The notes under the pieces: generated by a model
What the model was told of the DNA's origin: nothing
Database searches by the model: none
What the model saw: only the letters and a program-made list of their open reading frames with translations
Shown here: positions 38,301-51,449 of the stretch, in pieces
Numbering within the stretch: the first letter of the stretch is position 1
How the letters are laid out: each line of letters starts with the position of its first letter
DNA from: Octopus bimaculoides
Lineage: Eukaryota
DNA: 64,000 nt
Direction of reading: 5' to 3'
Assembly: GCF_001194135.2 (NCBI RefSeq)
Contig: NC_068999.1
Location: 27,873,813 to 27,937,812 of the forward strand
Made by a program: the position numbers and the translations under genes

Positions 38301-40181
38301 CTATGAGTTGTGACAAGCATTTTCTTTTATTCTCTTGAGGTAGACATTTTACATTTTCTCCTTGTTCTGGATACTCCCCTGTTGTCTAAGATACATATAC
38401 TTCTCACCTGGTTGTTTTATCAAGTCTTTCAATTTTATATTTTCTTGTTAGGTCACACTTTTCCTTGTCTTCCTTTCATAAACACAGTTGGATTCAGAAA
38501 ATTTTGTATCAATGTCTGTGGAAAATTAATGAAATGTAACAGCTTTGGATATGTTGATCTGTTTAATATCTCACATTGGATTATCCACACAAAAAAGTGA
38601 GTGATGGTAGATAATGGCCATTTGAGCAGATCCAGTCTAGGTGTTCTCTTCTCAGTGTAATCATAGCTCATCAATATGAGGTACATATCCTATTACATAA
38701 TAGCAAAGATAAACATTTTAGTTTGTAAGAAAGAAAACAGAACCCTACTGTCATCAGAAAAGTAGCCATGTTTGATATGCAGAAAAGGAGTAGATAGGAA
38801 TGCCATATGGTAAACAGTGTACATGCTAGAGGTTTAGTGGGATCACACATAGACTGTTAGAGAAGGTAGACTTTATATGTGGCAAACATACAAGGGTATT
38901 TAACACTAAGAGTACACAAGATAAATTCCTTCAAATACTTGAAATGCTCCTCAAATGTAGTAATAGATGTTGTTTCTTAGGTGACCTTCATAAGCATAGG
39001 AAAAAAGCAGATGTAAAAATGATGATGATGGAGATCAGAATGTACAGTATCTACATTTGGGTCTCCCAACCAGTATGCATATATTATGTCTCTATATACT
39101 GCTTTCCCTTCTTTTTCATTACCTACTTCTCTTCTTCCTACTACATGCTTTCCTTCTATCCATGTCTTATTCTCATCATGCTGCCTATGTAATGAGGGAT
39201 GGTAGTATATTGGATCTGTCCATATTCAATACCCCTTTTACTTTCACCTTCATTGTTCCTCCTCTATCACTCCTTATTGACATCCATTACTATCTATCAC
39301 TCCCACTCCCTTATCATTACCCATCTTCATTGTTATTCATCACTTACACCCACATTACTCCCTCCTCTGTTAGTCATTGTTGACAGCTATCAATTTTTTT
39401 TCCATTACTCTTTCCCTCTATTTTTGTATCTTTTCCATTACTCTCCTTCCGTCATCACACACTCATGCTGTTTCTATCCAGTCTCTTTACCAACAATATT
39501 TAAATAGTTGTCTCTTTTCTTTTGTTCTTTCCTCTAACACACACTCACTCCCATCCCTCTGGTTCTCATTCATCATTCTCTCTTTTTTTTCGGTTAGGAA
39601 TAAAATGACACTATAGTGCTAGTGAAAAAATGAACAAAGACAACATAGGATAAGGTAGAAATGACTCATTAGTTTTATCAAGGCCAAGACAACCTCTCTA
39701 GAACTAATGGCATGATAAAATGGTCAAAAACTGAACAAAGACAGGGTAGAAGGGATTTTGTAATCTTGCTCGGGATATGATCATCTCTCTAATGCTAGCA
39801 CTTCAGACATACACTCACATTGTTTCTCTCTTGGATACAATCATTTATTTTTTCATCCATTTTTCCATACTGTCATGAATTAGATGAGACTTGTGGCAGT
39901 ATTCTGTGGTCTGATATCCTTCCTGATGTCAACTCTTAATTTCTTTCATGTAAGGTGCTTATTCTCGTGATCTTTTGAACAATAATGAATGTGTTTTTAT
40001 GGTTGCCATAAACATTGATATGATTTATAAATTGACGTTATATGTACCATGTAAATAATATCATGACACAAACACAAGCACACATATCTATATATCTACA
40101 CACACAAACACAAACACACAATAAGTTTTCATACAGTTTTCACCTACCAATTTAGTTCACAAGACATTAGTCACACACACA

Positions 40182-40224
<43 letters not shown>

Positions 40225-40264
40225 TTATGCATGTAGTGAGAGAAATACCATATATAGTACCATA

Positions 40265-40620
40265 TTCTTTTATTCTTTTCAGTCATTTGACTGTGCCATG
40301 CTGGAGCACTACCTTTAGTCAAACAAATTGACCCCAGGACTTATTCTTTGTAAGTCTAGTACTTATACTATCAGTCTCTTTTGCTGAACCGCTAAGTTAT
40401 GGCGACATAGACACACCAACATCAGTTGTCAAGCAATGGTGAGAGGACTAACACAGGCACACACACACACACACACATATGACAGGCTTCTTTCAGTTTC
40501 CATCTACCAAATCCACTCACAAGGCTTTGGTCAGCCTGAGACTATAGTAGAAGATACTTGCCCAAGGTGCCACACAGTGGGACTGAACCTGGAACCATGT
40601 GGTTGGTAAGCAAGCTACTT
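40265..40620 (-). mobile_element. SINE split by the L1/Tx1 insertion (resumes at 44470)
   Basis: Sequence resumes ACCACACAGCCACTCCT after the TSD. Confidence 0.85.
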
Positions 40621-43600
40621 TATTTCAATAAATTTGCCATGTAGGCATAATACAGAGGAAACAAACAAGGACAGACAAACATAGAATGGTGAAATAGTTT
40701 AAAGTGCTATTATAAATCGATTAAAAATATGAAGAAAAAAAAAAAAAAAACATTGCGTTATGCAATGTGACACCGAAGGAAAGGCGTCCGACATCAGGGT
40801 AAGGCCTTTGCTTTTCTTCCAGGGCTCCACTTACTTGGTGCCAATCACTCCCAGCTTTCTTACCACAGGCTTCTATCTCTTCTCAAATTTCACATGTAAC
40901 AGGTACCTCTTCTCTAGCCTGATCTTGCTGCTGAGGTGGTAACTAAAAAAGTTGACCAACCCCTGGCCGGATACAAAGGTACCCGTCAAAATCCCTTTCG
41001 CACGTGTCTTCCATGCTGTTTCTTTTAAAATGGCTACCACGCAGTAAAAACAGGCCTTCCTTTCCCCACTAAGGGAAGAAGGCGGCACAATCTCAGTGAT
41101 GGACTCAGCTGATAGCTGTACTCTTCCCATCGATGACAACAGTTGTTCTGTGAAGGCTATCAGTCCCAATAATTCTGGACATTCCACAAATGTGTGCAAG
41201 ACGATTTCCCTGTCCTGCCCACACCTCGGACATGTCAGCGAGACGGCACTCCCATGCCTTGACAGCTTATCACAAACTGATAAAGCCGCACGGAAGCACT
41301 GCCAAGCCAGGGATTTCTGGTAATTATCCAGATACCTCGGCCCGAACGTTCTTCTGAACAGGTTGATCAACTGATTTTCATCGTAGCCCAGGGTCTCCTC
41401 CAAAGCATCTTCAGACTAACCTGCTATAAAAATCTGCAATGGAACTTCTGTTGCTGGCATTGCCCACCCAAGAGAGTAGCTGAAATGTCTGATGGCACTC
41501 CAATTGCCAATCTCCCAGCCTAGGTCTCTGCTTGATCCATGTACCAATGTCCGTTAAGGACATTAACCTCGGAAGGTAGAACCAGACATGCAGTGACCAC
41601 ACCTGTTCTCCATCCAGGTAAAGCTAGAAGTGCTTCAGCCTTAATGCGAATTTTCACATCCTCAGCCAAGGCATCCCTAGCCCACCCTTTAGTGACTTCT
41701 GGCAGCAGGCAGTGCTTCACAAGAGACTTTCCTCCTTTCCACAGAAAACAGAAAAGCATTCTCTCCAACTTGTTCAGCCACAACTCAGGGCAAGGCACCA
41801 CGGTCAGACGGTAGGTGATAACAGATGCTATAAACATCTGCACCACCTCCACCTTCCCTAGCAAGGATAACACCAGCCCAGACCAGGTCTGGGTTAGAGC
41901 AGTCACCTTACTGGCTACCTCACTTCAATTTTTCTCTATCTGGTGGTCTGGTCCAAACCAGACCCCAAGCAGCTTAACAGGACCTTCCATCCAATGCCCT
42001 ACAACATTATTGGACGTCATCGGTTTGCCTCTCCAGGTGCTGAATTGCAAACTTGTCCTAGTTAACCTTTGCTCCCACCACCACATCGTAACTTTTGATG
42101 GCCTCTTCCACCACAACGATGGAGATGTCATCCGCCTATGGCATAGCTCCACCTCCACACTACAGATCATTTGGTGCACCCCTTAGTGCTTCCAACTTCT
42201 GCAGCTATGGCTCAAGAGCCAGTATATACAAAAGCGGAGACAGGGGACACCCCTGACGCACTGAGTGTTCGATCCTGAATGGTTTCGAGAAGAATCCATT
42301 CACTTTGACTGCAGACTTGATGTCGCTGTACAAAGCAGCAATCCAACCGCAGAAGGTCAGGCCCAGGCCAGCCTTCTCAAGGACTGCTGCCAAGTACCGA
42401 TAGTTGACCCTATTAAATGCTTTAGACTTGTCTAAATGTACCAGTGCCCCTCCTGCACCAGAAAGATTCCCTAACCTCTTTAAGGTGTAGCGTAGAAGAT
42501 GGAGATTGTCATGGATCGACCTGCCTGGGATAGCACAAGTTTGCGCCGTCCCTACAAGTCTGTCCACGACCCGCACCAACCTTTTTGCTAACACCTTGGC
42601 CAAAATCTTTAACTCTGTGTTTAGCAGAGTTATGGGCCAGAAGTTACTAATCTCATCCCCCTTGCTCGGGTCCTTTCTGATCAGCATCACCAGCCCTCGG
42701 CTTGCAGACTTGGGAATTCTCCCATTTAGCTGCCAATTGGCATAAACACTGGCCAGCAGGTGCCCGAACAAGTCTGGCATACTCTTATAGAATTCATAAG
42801 GCAGACCATTGAGACCTGGCGACTTCTCCTCAGGGCATTCACCTAGCACCTTGATCACCTCCTTGGCTGTGATTGGTCCTTCACAGCACTCAGCCTTTCG
42901 CACCAAGAGACGCGGGCCTCCAGACGGGAAGTCCCTAAAGGCCTCACCATGATTCAGCTTCCCGCTCCTCCCGAACAACTCGGTAAAGTGCTTGTAAAGC
43001 GCCTCACACATCTCATCCCGTCCTTTGACTGAACTCCCACTATCACCAGTCAGAGACCTAATTGTGGCATCATTGCCACGCTGGGTTTCTATTGTATGGC
43101 AACATTAATTCCCTCACAGCCCAATGCTCGCACTTTATCCTGGACTCTACATCCCTCATGTTTGACTTTGAGGTGATGGTCCAAGGCCGTTCTCACTGCC
43201 AAAATGTGGGATGCAGAGTCCAACCTCAACGCCTCCTCTAAGTCCTTCACTAGTTTCCCTTCTATTCTAGCCTTGTCTAATCTTAGCTAATGGCTAAACC
43301 TAACAGACTCGAAACGAATGGCTCTTTTGAGGCTGAACCACCACTGGTTAACGCCCTCTGTACCAGTTCCTTGATCCGGCTATGGTATGCCTTGCAAGTC
43401 AAAATAAACTTGTTCAGCTTCCAGTAACCAGATCCTCTCTTAACGGCAGTATCTACATTCAGCCTACACTTAACCATTCAATGGTCAGTGTAGGATACCT
43501 GAACAAGCTGTGGACAACTAAAGCTAGCCTTATCTCTAGCACTTATCACTATCCTATCTAAGTAAGACTTGAACCTCCGTCGTCATTCATCCAGGTCCAC

Positions 43601-44453
43601 TCTGGGACGTTCAGATGGTCAAGTCTGTAATGATCTGCTAGCTGAAATCGCTTAAGCAGGTCTATGAGATGTGAATTCGTTTTCCTATCAATCGAGCCAA
43701 TGCTGTCGATGCGTGTGTCAACGATAGCGTTACAGTCACCTAACACCACTAATGTTTTTGACATTACGAGAAAGTTCTCCAGGCGCCGATAAAGATCAGT
43801 TTGTAATCCTCTAGCACAAGGTGCATAGATTCCAATCAACCTGAAGGCTCTACCACTGTACGTCATATCAAGGACGACCAGCCCACCTTCAGGGTCCACA
43901 TAGACTCTACTTGTCTGCACAGTCAAGCCTTTTCAGATGAGTACTACTACACCCCTCGACCTCCGGTCTTGCTAGAAGACATGATTTTCTCATAGCCCCC
44001 CCCCCCCCTGTAAGGGGCGTGGCACAAGAAAAAAGCCTACAATGGCTTGAAAAAAGTTTCAATTGCACAAAAACGTTTTTTGCCTTACCTTCCTGATAGA
44101 GAAGCATAAAAAAATCAAAAGCATATGTAGATCTACAAAAATGGTACTCCAACAAACACAAACAGTTAATTCACAATAACAACAAATCTCCCCCTGCCCT
44201 GGGGGGAGGCGTGGCACAAGAAAAAGCCTACAATGGCTTGAAGAAAGTTTCAATTGCATGATTAAAGCTAAAAAGGTTTTTCACTTTACCTTCCCAATAG
44301 GGAAGCATAAAAAAATCAAAAAAGATGTAAATCCACAAAAACGGTACTCCAACGAACACAAAAGTTAATTCACAATAACAAGGCATGTCTTACTTGCTCC
44401 AAAGTAAGAATAAAATAGCAGCAACAGTAACCAGAAGCACCCTCCAAAACGGA
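40621..44453 (-). mobile_element. L1/Tx1-type LINE (APE endonuclease, RT, C-terminal CCHC/zf-RVT), degraded, inserted in a SINE
   Basis: ORF2 pieces 43558-43926 (EN), 42205-43011 (RT: KSPGLNGLPYEFY, WPITLLNTELKILAK, SVRQGCPLSPLLY), 40873-41403 (CPRCG..HTFVECP). 16-bp TSD GGTAAGCAAGCTACTT at 40605-40620 and 44454-44469. Confidence 0.92.
44017..44381 (-). repeat. Two diverged ~190-bp tandem monomers at the 5' end of the L1/Tx1 element
   Basis: GCGTGGCACAAGAAAAA(A)GCCTACAATGGCTTGAA...GTTAATTCACAATAACAA repeated at ~44017 and ~44209. Confidence 0.85.
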
Positions 44454-44578
44454 GGTAAGCAAGCTACTTACCACACAGCCACTCCTACACCTGTAGTATA
44501 AAAGTTTTTATTAAAATAAATTACTTTTAGTTTTAATATTTATTACTGATATGGGTTATCATTGATAATATTTTGCAG

Positions 44579-44676
44579 ATGCCTTGTTCCACTTCTTGCA
44601 CTGTTGGGCATCTATTTCACAGTCATTGCTATATTAGGTATCATCCATATTCAACCTTCCTGGACTGAATGCATGC
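44579..44676 (+). CDS. Coding exon (TM4): CLVPLLALLGIYFTVIAILGIIHIQPSWTECM; gene continues beyond the window
   Basis: Acceptor TTTTGCAG|, donor C|GTAAGT. 98 nt, phase 2 to phase 1. No convincing further exon found up to 64000. Confidence 0.85.
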
Positions 44677-45039
44677 GTAAGTATGAAATGTTTAATCTTT
44701 CTAATTTCCCTCATAACTTGCTTTTCTCAGATTTCCTTTCAATTTATCATCATTTAACGTCCATTGGTCATGCTAGCATGGGTTGGATGGTTTGACCAGA
44801 GCTGGTAAGCTGGGAGGCTGCACCAGACTCCAGTCTGATTTGGCATGGTTTTCTATGGCTGGATGCCTTTCCTAGTGCTAAGAGTGTAATGGGTGCTTTT
44901 ACATGCCATTTGCGTGACACTAGTATCTTCCACGACTGCGATTTTGCTTGGCTTGATGGGTCTTCTTCTCAAGCATGGCATAATACCAAAGGTCTCGGTC
45001 AACACAAGCTAATTCCAGCTGTAAGAGTTGTTAGATTTT

Positions 45040-46620
45040 GTTATGCACTTTCCTTTGTTGATTTAAATTTACACAAAATATTCATAATTTTAATCTTATG
45101 AATTTAAAATTGATGAGAAGTATATTTGAAAAGATGAAGGCATGCTTGCCATCACTGCAGAAGACAAGAAAGTAGCTTGGAAGTGCTATTATGATAGACT
45201 GTTGAACATGGAGAATGTTTGGGGACAAGGAGAAGCTATCTCATGCTGACCCTACTGAGGGACCAGCAATTCAAGTTGACTGTGGTATGAGAGATGACAT
45301 GAAAGGTGGGAAAGCAGCTTGACCGTCAGAGATAGTCATTAAGATGTTCAAAATATCTGGTGATGACCATCAAATAATACAAGAAGGTGCCAAAGCAATG
45401 ATTGGTATAATAGCATAATTGTAAACTGCTACTGCTACATAGACAGAAGAAATTGTAGAGGAATCAAACTTTTGGATTAGGTTATGAAGATCATGGAGAG
45501 AGTCATAGCACAATTGATCTGTGGCAGAGTAAAGGTAAATGAAATATAGTTTGGCTTTGGGCCCAGCTGAAGTACAACAGAGCCAATCTTCCTAGTGAGG
45601 CAAAGAGTAAACCACTATTCCTCAGAGAAAGGTACTAATTCAATGGTCACTAAGGAAACTAGGTGTAGACAAATGGCTTGTTAGGAATGTATAAGCTGTG
45701 TACAAAGATGCAGTAAGTGAAAATCAAAATGATTTCAGTATGACAGTAAGGATTCATCAAGGTTCAGCCCTTTTCTATTCATCATAGTCCTACAGTTCAT
45801 CACAGAAGACTTTAAGACTGGCTGTCCTTGGGAAAACTGATGATTATTGCAAAGTCTATTGGAAAAGTAAGGAGATTCTTGGCATGGAAGCTAAACCTTG
45901 AATTAAGAGGCTTCAAGATAAATTTAATAAAGATTAAGGTTTTAGTAAGTAATGAAGAAGACAGGACCCTGGTAACTTCAGAGATATGGCCTTGGTCAGT
46001 ATGCAGAAAAGAAAGTATAAGCTCCATAAATTGTACCCAACATAAGCTGTGGACACACCCAGAGGTGTAGTGGAATTATAGGCAGACTAACAGAGAAAAT
46101 AAGCTCCACATGTGACAGATGCACTGGAGCCATACAAAATATGAACATGCTAGAAAAAGATTTTATTAAATTCTCATTTGGCTTACTAGCACTAGTCAAT
46201 AACTTCTGTTACCTAGGAGACATAATTAGCAGGGGAAGTGGTTGTTCTGAAAGTATAGTAGCCAGAGTAAGAACAGATTGGAAGAAGCTCAAGAAGCTGT
46301 TGCTGCTACTGGCAACAAAGATCTTTTCTTCCTCTCAGAGTAATGTGCAGATTATATGAAACTTATGTTATAACTGTGGTGATATATGGTAGTGAAATAT
46401 GGGCCTTAAATGCAAAAGTTTTCTAAAGACTAGAAAGAAATGAAGCTGTGTTTTGATGAATGTTTAATGTTTGTGTGCATGAACACCAGAGTATAAATGA
46501 AATAAGAGGAATCAAGCAAGAGAGGAATCTGCACTGGTACAGGCATGTGATATGTATGGAGGATGACTGTGGCATACAAAAGTGTCAAGTATTCTAAGGT
46601 GATGGAACCTGAAGATGTTA
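45040..46620 (+). mobile_element. Old RTE LINE fragment
   Basis: Heavily mutated homolog of the same RT region (LVNNFCYLGD). Confidence 0.75.
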
Positions 46621-47014
46621 CATCTCAAAGAACTGTACTGATTGGTGATATGTAGTACTATAGAAGACTCATCTACCTATTACAAAACACATTAAGAAAC
46701 TATGATATATATGTGCGTGTTTGTGTGTGTGTGTATGTGAATGAACAAGATGATTTATTCTTCATGTTACTTGAAGTTTCATAGATGTGAAAAAAGCACA
46801 ATCATTTCCTCGCACATATGGAGACAAAGTCATGTTGTGATGTCTTAGTGACAACAGTTGAATTAATCAGTTTCCTTGACCCCAGAATTATCATGAACTC
46901 CTTGGAAATCACTTCTGTTTCATGATGATTCTTACTGGATAAAAAAAGGAGGGTGATTCTCTTTTTGATGTGTCCATGGGAAACTATGACTTTGTTGGGC
47001 GCTTCCTCCTTGAT

Positions 47015-48913
47015 TGTGACCCAACTTTTTGTCCAACGTCACTTCATCCACATCTTTTCATCTGATGTTAGATGTTTTTTTGTCCAATGACTTTTTGTCC
47101 AATTTTAATAAAATCTTTAGAAAACAGGGTGAACATGAAAATCAAATAATCATTGAGAATTTTATTGATTGGATTCAAGTAAAATACTGTGAAAAAATGT
47201 ATTTAAAAAAAGTAATTTTTAAAAAGTAATAAGATATAACCAATAATTTATTATGATCACTTAAAATTGATGCAAATTAATATGCCATACTCTTCAAAAA
47301 ATTAAATTTTCTTGTTGACCCATATTCAATGGACAAACTTTTGAGGCATTCAGTTATTCTTCGATATCGTGTTCATGAATTTGACAGATCTCCTCGAAGA
47401 ATTGGAGTCATTTTACCTTGAACGAACCCTTCCTCTTCCTTCAGAGTTTTGATTAATTTCCAAATATTCAAATGTGCTCCAACCGCTGAATGAAACCCCT
47501 CTGCAACATTATTTGTTCTGGGAAGGTCTTGAAGAATACACTGATTAATCTTCCATACAGCTATCGGGAATGTAGAACCACGTCTTTTCACAATGTCTGT
47601 GTAAGTCAAGTCAAAGTAAGCGATGAATTTAGCAGGTATTTCTTCATTGTCTATTAGTTCTTCATAGACCTCTTCGACATCTTCAACAGGTAGGAAGGCT
47701 AATGCTGGAAAACATCAAATTTTAAGACAGAATTCAGAGTCTTTATTGTATTTTTCTTTGAGGCCTAAATCTGTAATTTTTTGAAATACTGATTGGTTCA
47801 AATGAAACAAATATACCACGATAGATGAATTAGAGAATGATGAATTAAATGCTTTATGAACTGCAACTTTGAAATCTGCCATGAAATCAAGTGGATATGC
47901 ATTAGGTTGCATAACTTTCAATTGCTCAAAATAATTCATACATCTGCTTTGTTTTATTCAGCAGTAATGCAAAGACTCATGGAAAACTGCTACCTTTAAC
48001 TTGTACATGAATGCTAAACAGTTGAAACCACTGTTCTAGCACAATTTTGAATGTTCCATCACATGCCCAATGATGATATGATGCGATATCCTGAAGAGCA
48101 CATTCTGATGCAAGTACTAGTATGCGCTGTTCAACCTCGATACCCAAATCATATTTCAGAAACTGTTTGCCATTATCAAATTTACAGTATTCTTCACGTA
48201 TTTCAAAACCAGTTCTAGCCTCTGGATTAACGGGAAATCCAGAACTATTTTGTTGGCACCTTTGAATAATCCTGGAAAGTACAGGCAAACGAGGAAGTTA
48301 TGAGCAAGTATTTTCTCTTAGCTGCGTAAACTTAGCCACTATTTTGCTATGCAAACTTGCTGCTATGTCTTCCACCATTTCATGCTTTATTTCTGCAACT
48401 GCTTTTCTAGCATTTAACGAATCTACATCAGCTGGATGAAGGTGCTCACTAGAAAATTAGTTTTTAGCTCATTGTTTTCCATTACAGTGAATTCGCACTG
48501 AACATAGCCTTCTTTTCTCACATCTCTAGTATTCTTTTCCTAGTTTTATATTGCTTGAATGAAAATCGTAAATGTAATTACTTTCATCACCTACTTTTCT
48601 TTTGTTTTTGGTCGATACTATGTACTTTGTCAGTTTGGGATGGGTAAATTAAAAACGTGTACACTAAATTTGCAGCACTCTCTACTCACAGCACCATACT
48701 TAAGAGAGAGAAGGAAAAAGAAGTAAAACTGTTAACAGAGAAGGAAAAAGAATGATAATAACAATCCTATAACGAGGCTTGTTATAGTTCTGTGAATATA
48801 TCATTAAAGATTTTTCACCTTGTTTTCTAAAGAGTTTATTTAAAATTGGACAAAAAGTCGTTGGACGAAAAAATCATTGGACGAAGTAACGCCAGACGAA
48901 AAGACATAGCACC
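47015..48913 (-). mobile_element. Mutator-like (MULE) transposon, decayed, with FLYWCH-type N-terminus
   Basis: HWACDGTFK, DFMADFKVAV, PRTNNVAEGFH and RCEKRRLCSVRIH..HLHPAD. ~100-bp imperfect TIRs built of (T)TTTGTCCAA units. 9-bp TSD CTCCTTGAT/TTCCTTGAT (47006-47014 / 48914-48922, one mismatch). Confidence 0.88.
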
Positions 48914-50535
48914 TTCCTTGATACCCTAAGAAAATATACATACCACCATAATTTAGGTTCTTTACAAGGATAATGGCCTAACCATCCAAAGCCATATGAG
49001 TGACCATGATATTCATAAATATGGGAAGAACCTCATTAGCATCTATAACTATCAAGTTCCTGGATGTTGCTCAAGACTTCAATCAAGACAAGTAAATACT
49101 ACCCCTACAAAAAGCCTGAGAAAATGGTCTACATTCATAAGCATTCCAACTAAGCGCCAGTTGTAATCATAAACTTGGTTACAGGTAGCAGCAGCAGAAG
49201 CTTTAACATATCATCAGATAAAGATCTTTAACAACAGGGCATCACCCCATTATAACTAGGTGCTAGCAAGAGTGGTTTTACTGACAAGTTAGTGTACATG
49301 GAGGATCCTTCACATGCTTCTCCAAACCATAGCAGAGTTAGAAAACAAAAGGTCATCTGCTATAATCTTCAATTCAATTTGATGTTTCTACCAATTAAGC
49401 CAGGAGCTTTCTGAATGTAGGCAACATTTCCTGAGATCCCATAAATAACGTAAACTTTTTAATTCCCATAATGTTATGACCAGCTATTCATTTTTAGACA
49501 ATTTTATTTTCAGCATTGCACACTATAATGGAAACAAATACACATCTATACAATCTCCATCCCACACTCCCATGCAACTACCAAAATCCTGTCTACTGAA
49601 AAGATCCTATCTCATGAAAGCTGTGGTCTATAGATCCACCTTCACACCATTCAATGATATATTACAAGGCACTACACAAGCATGACAGCCAACAACTTCA
49701 AGAGCTGATAATTGCAGCATATGCTTTCCTTCTGATGTAGAGACAGAGAAAACTCTACTGTCTTGTTCTGCTTCATCTGGAGTCACTATGATCACAGCAA
49801 CACCTCACCCAACATCAAAAAACATAGTATACACAACAGGGCCCCACCTTACACATCTGGGATCATAACTGCCAACTCTGCCTCCAAGAAACACTACACT
49901 ATTCATCAGTAGAAAGATTGACATTTCATATTCTTTTAATATATTTCAAACTGTCAACACTTGATAATCTCAATATACTGACCTAGACTGGACTATACTA
50001 TGCTTGTTGTCCATGAAAAGACATGCCCATTACCACCAGCATTTCAGTAACCCAGTAGACACACCACCCTCATCCACTGAAATGACATTCATCTGTTGTT
50101 ACTAAGGTATCACTACACCAATAAACCACAAATCCAAAATAACCAGTCAAGAAACAAGAGTAGTCAAAGACTGATTATTTGGAGTTTGTAGGTAATTATG
50201 TATTTGTTTTTTGTTTTAATTGTTGATATGATAATGAAATGATAAGAACATCTTCAATGAGGAGTACATATTTTTGTTAAATTGGGGTTCATTCAGCACT
50301 TTGATTTATGCACAGACCTGAAGAGTCAAGATTTTCCAGTATCACTGGAATAATACTGATTCAGTGCATTATCTCATATATCATACATATAATAAAATTC
50401 AATGTATGTCTTGTCAGTCATGCTGGGTAAAGAAGAGTAAAACAACAAATGGAGTGACAGTCAGAGACACTGAATGAAGGCAAACTGTTGTAAAAAGGTT
50501 GTGCTCTGAAGACACTGGGAAGCTGTTATGGTTTT

Positions 50536-50950
50536 TCTATATATATAAAATCAAAATTCTGTTTCTTTCTTTCTCCAGCAATATCAAAGTACTGGTTCAG
50601 GGGAAGCTATTTTGCTATTGCCTAATTTGTCTCAACAAAGATTATGCAGTGGTACAACACTAATTGTGCACAAACTTATGAGGAACTGCATTGAGGCAAA
50701 TATTCTCACTAGTTGTGGTAAAGATGAGACCATCTTCATTCTTTGGATACCAGTTATACTATCTAATGTCTCACTCCAATTTAAGTAGTTACAGTTTCCT
50801 ATCCCACTTTTTTTTGTGGCCGACTTTATGTAGGAGCATCACGTGGGAGCAAAAGCAAATCTTTTTGCTTATACACCCAGAAATAAAACAAAAATACAGT
50901 TTATAAAGAAATATTCACTCTTAATGCAACATGAATACTTCAATAACTTC
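50536..50950 (+). mobile_element. Non-autonomous Helitron relic with helicase remnants
   Basis: TCTATATATATAAAA 5'-like end. EAILLLPNLSQQRLCSGTTLIVHKLMRNCIEANILTSCGK...FK*LQFPI (PIF1-type helicase), then a motif-VI tail. Confidence 0.7.
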
Positions 50951-51294
50951 GTGTGTATGACATTGATTTTTTTCTACTTCAGTTATTACATGTTTTCTCT
51001 TATAAAATACTTACATACAGGAAGAGTAAATCTAAATCTGTAGTAGTAGTCCCACCCTAGTTCAGATTCAAAACTAAATCTTTCAGTTCTCCTTGGCCAT
51101 ACAGCCTATTCAAATGTCAAAAGAAACCATGACAAATGGGTGTTCTACTTGACCTGTGGCCTTTTCAGTGCCACTGCACAGTCACCTGCATTCCTTAAAG
51201 CTATTCTTCTATATGATATAGCTATTTTTCTACCTTCATTCATGTTGAAACTGAATCTTTCAATTCTCCTAATTCAATTATTACATGCTTTTAA

Positions 51295-51447
51295 GAACCT
51301 TGCTTTTCACATGGTCAACTTTATGTAGGAGCATTTTGTGTGGGACCAAAAGCAAATCTTTTTGCTTATGCACCCCGAAATAGAACAAAAAACATTGTTT
51401 ATAAAGAAATATACACTCTTAATGCAACATGAAAACTTCAATAACTT
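51295..51447 (+). mobile_element. Second Helitron helicase C-terminal fragment
   Basis: EPCFSHGQLYVGAFCVGPKANLFAYAPRNRTKNIVYKEI; similar to ~50817-50949. Confidence 0.8.
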
Positions 51448-51449
51448 AG

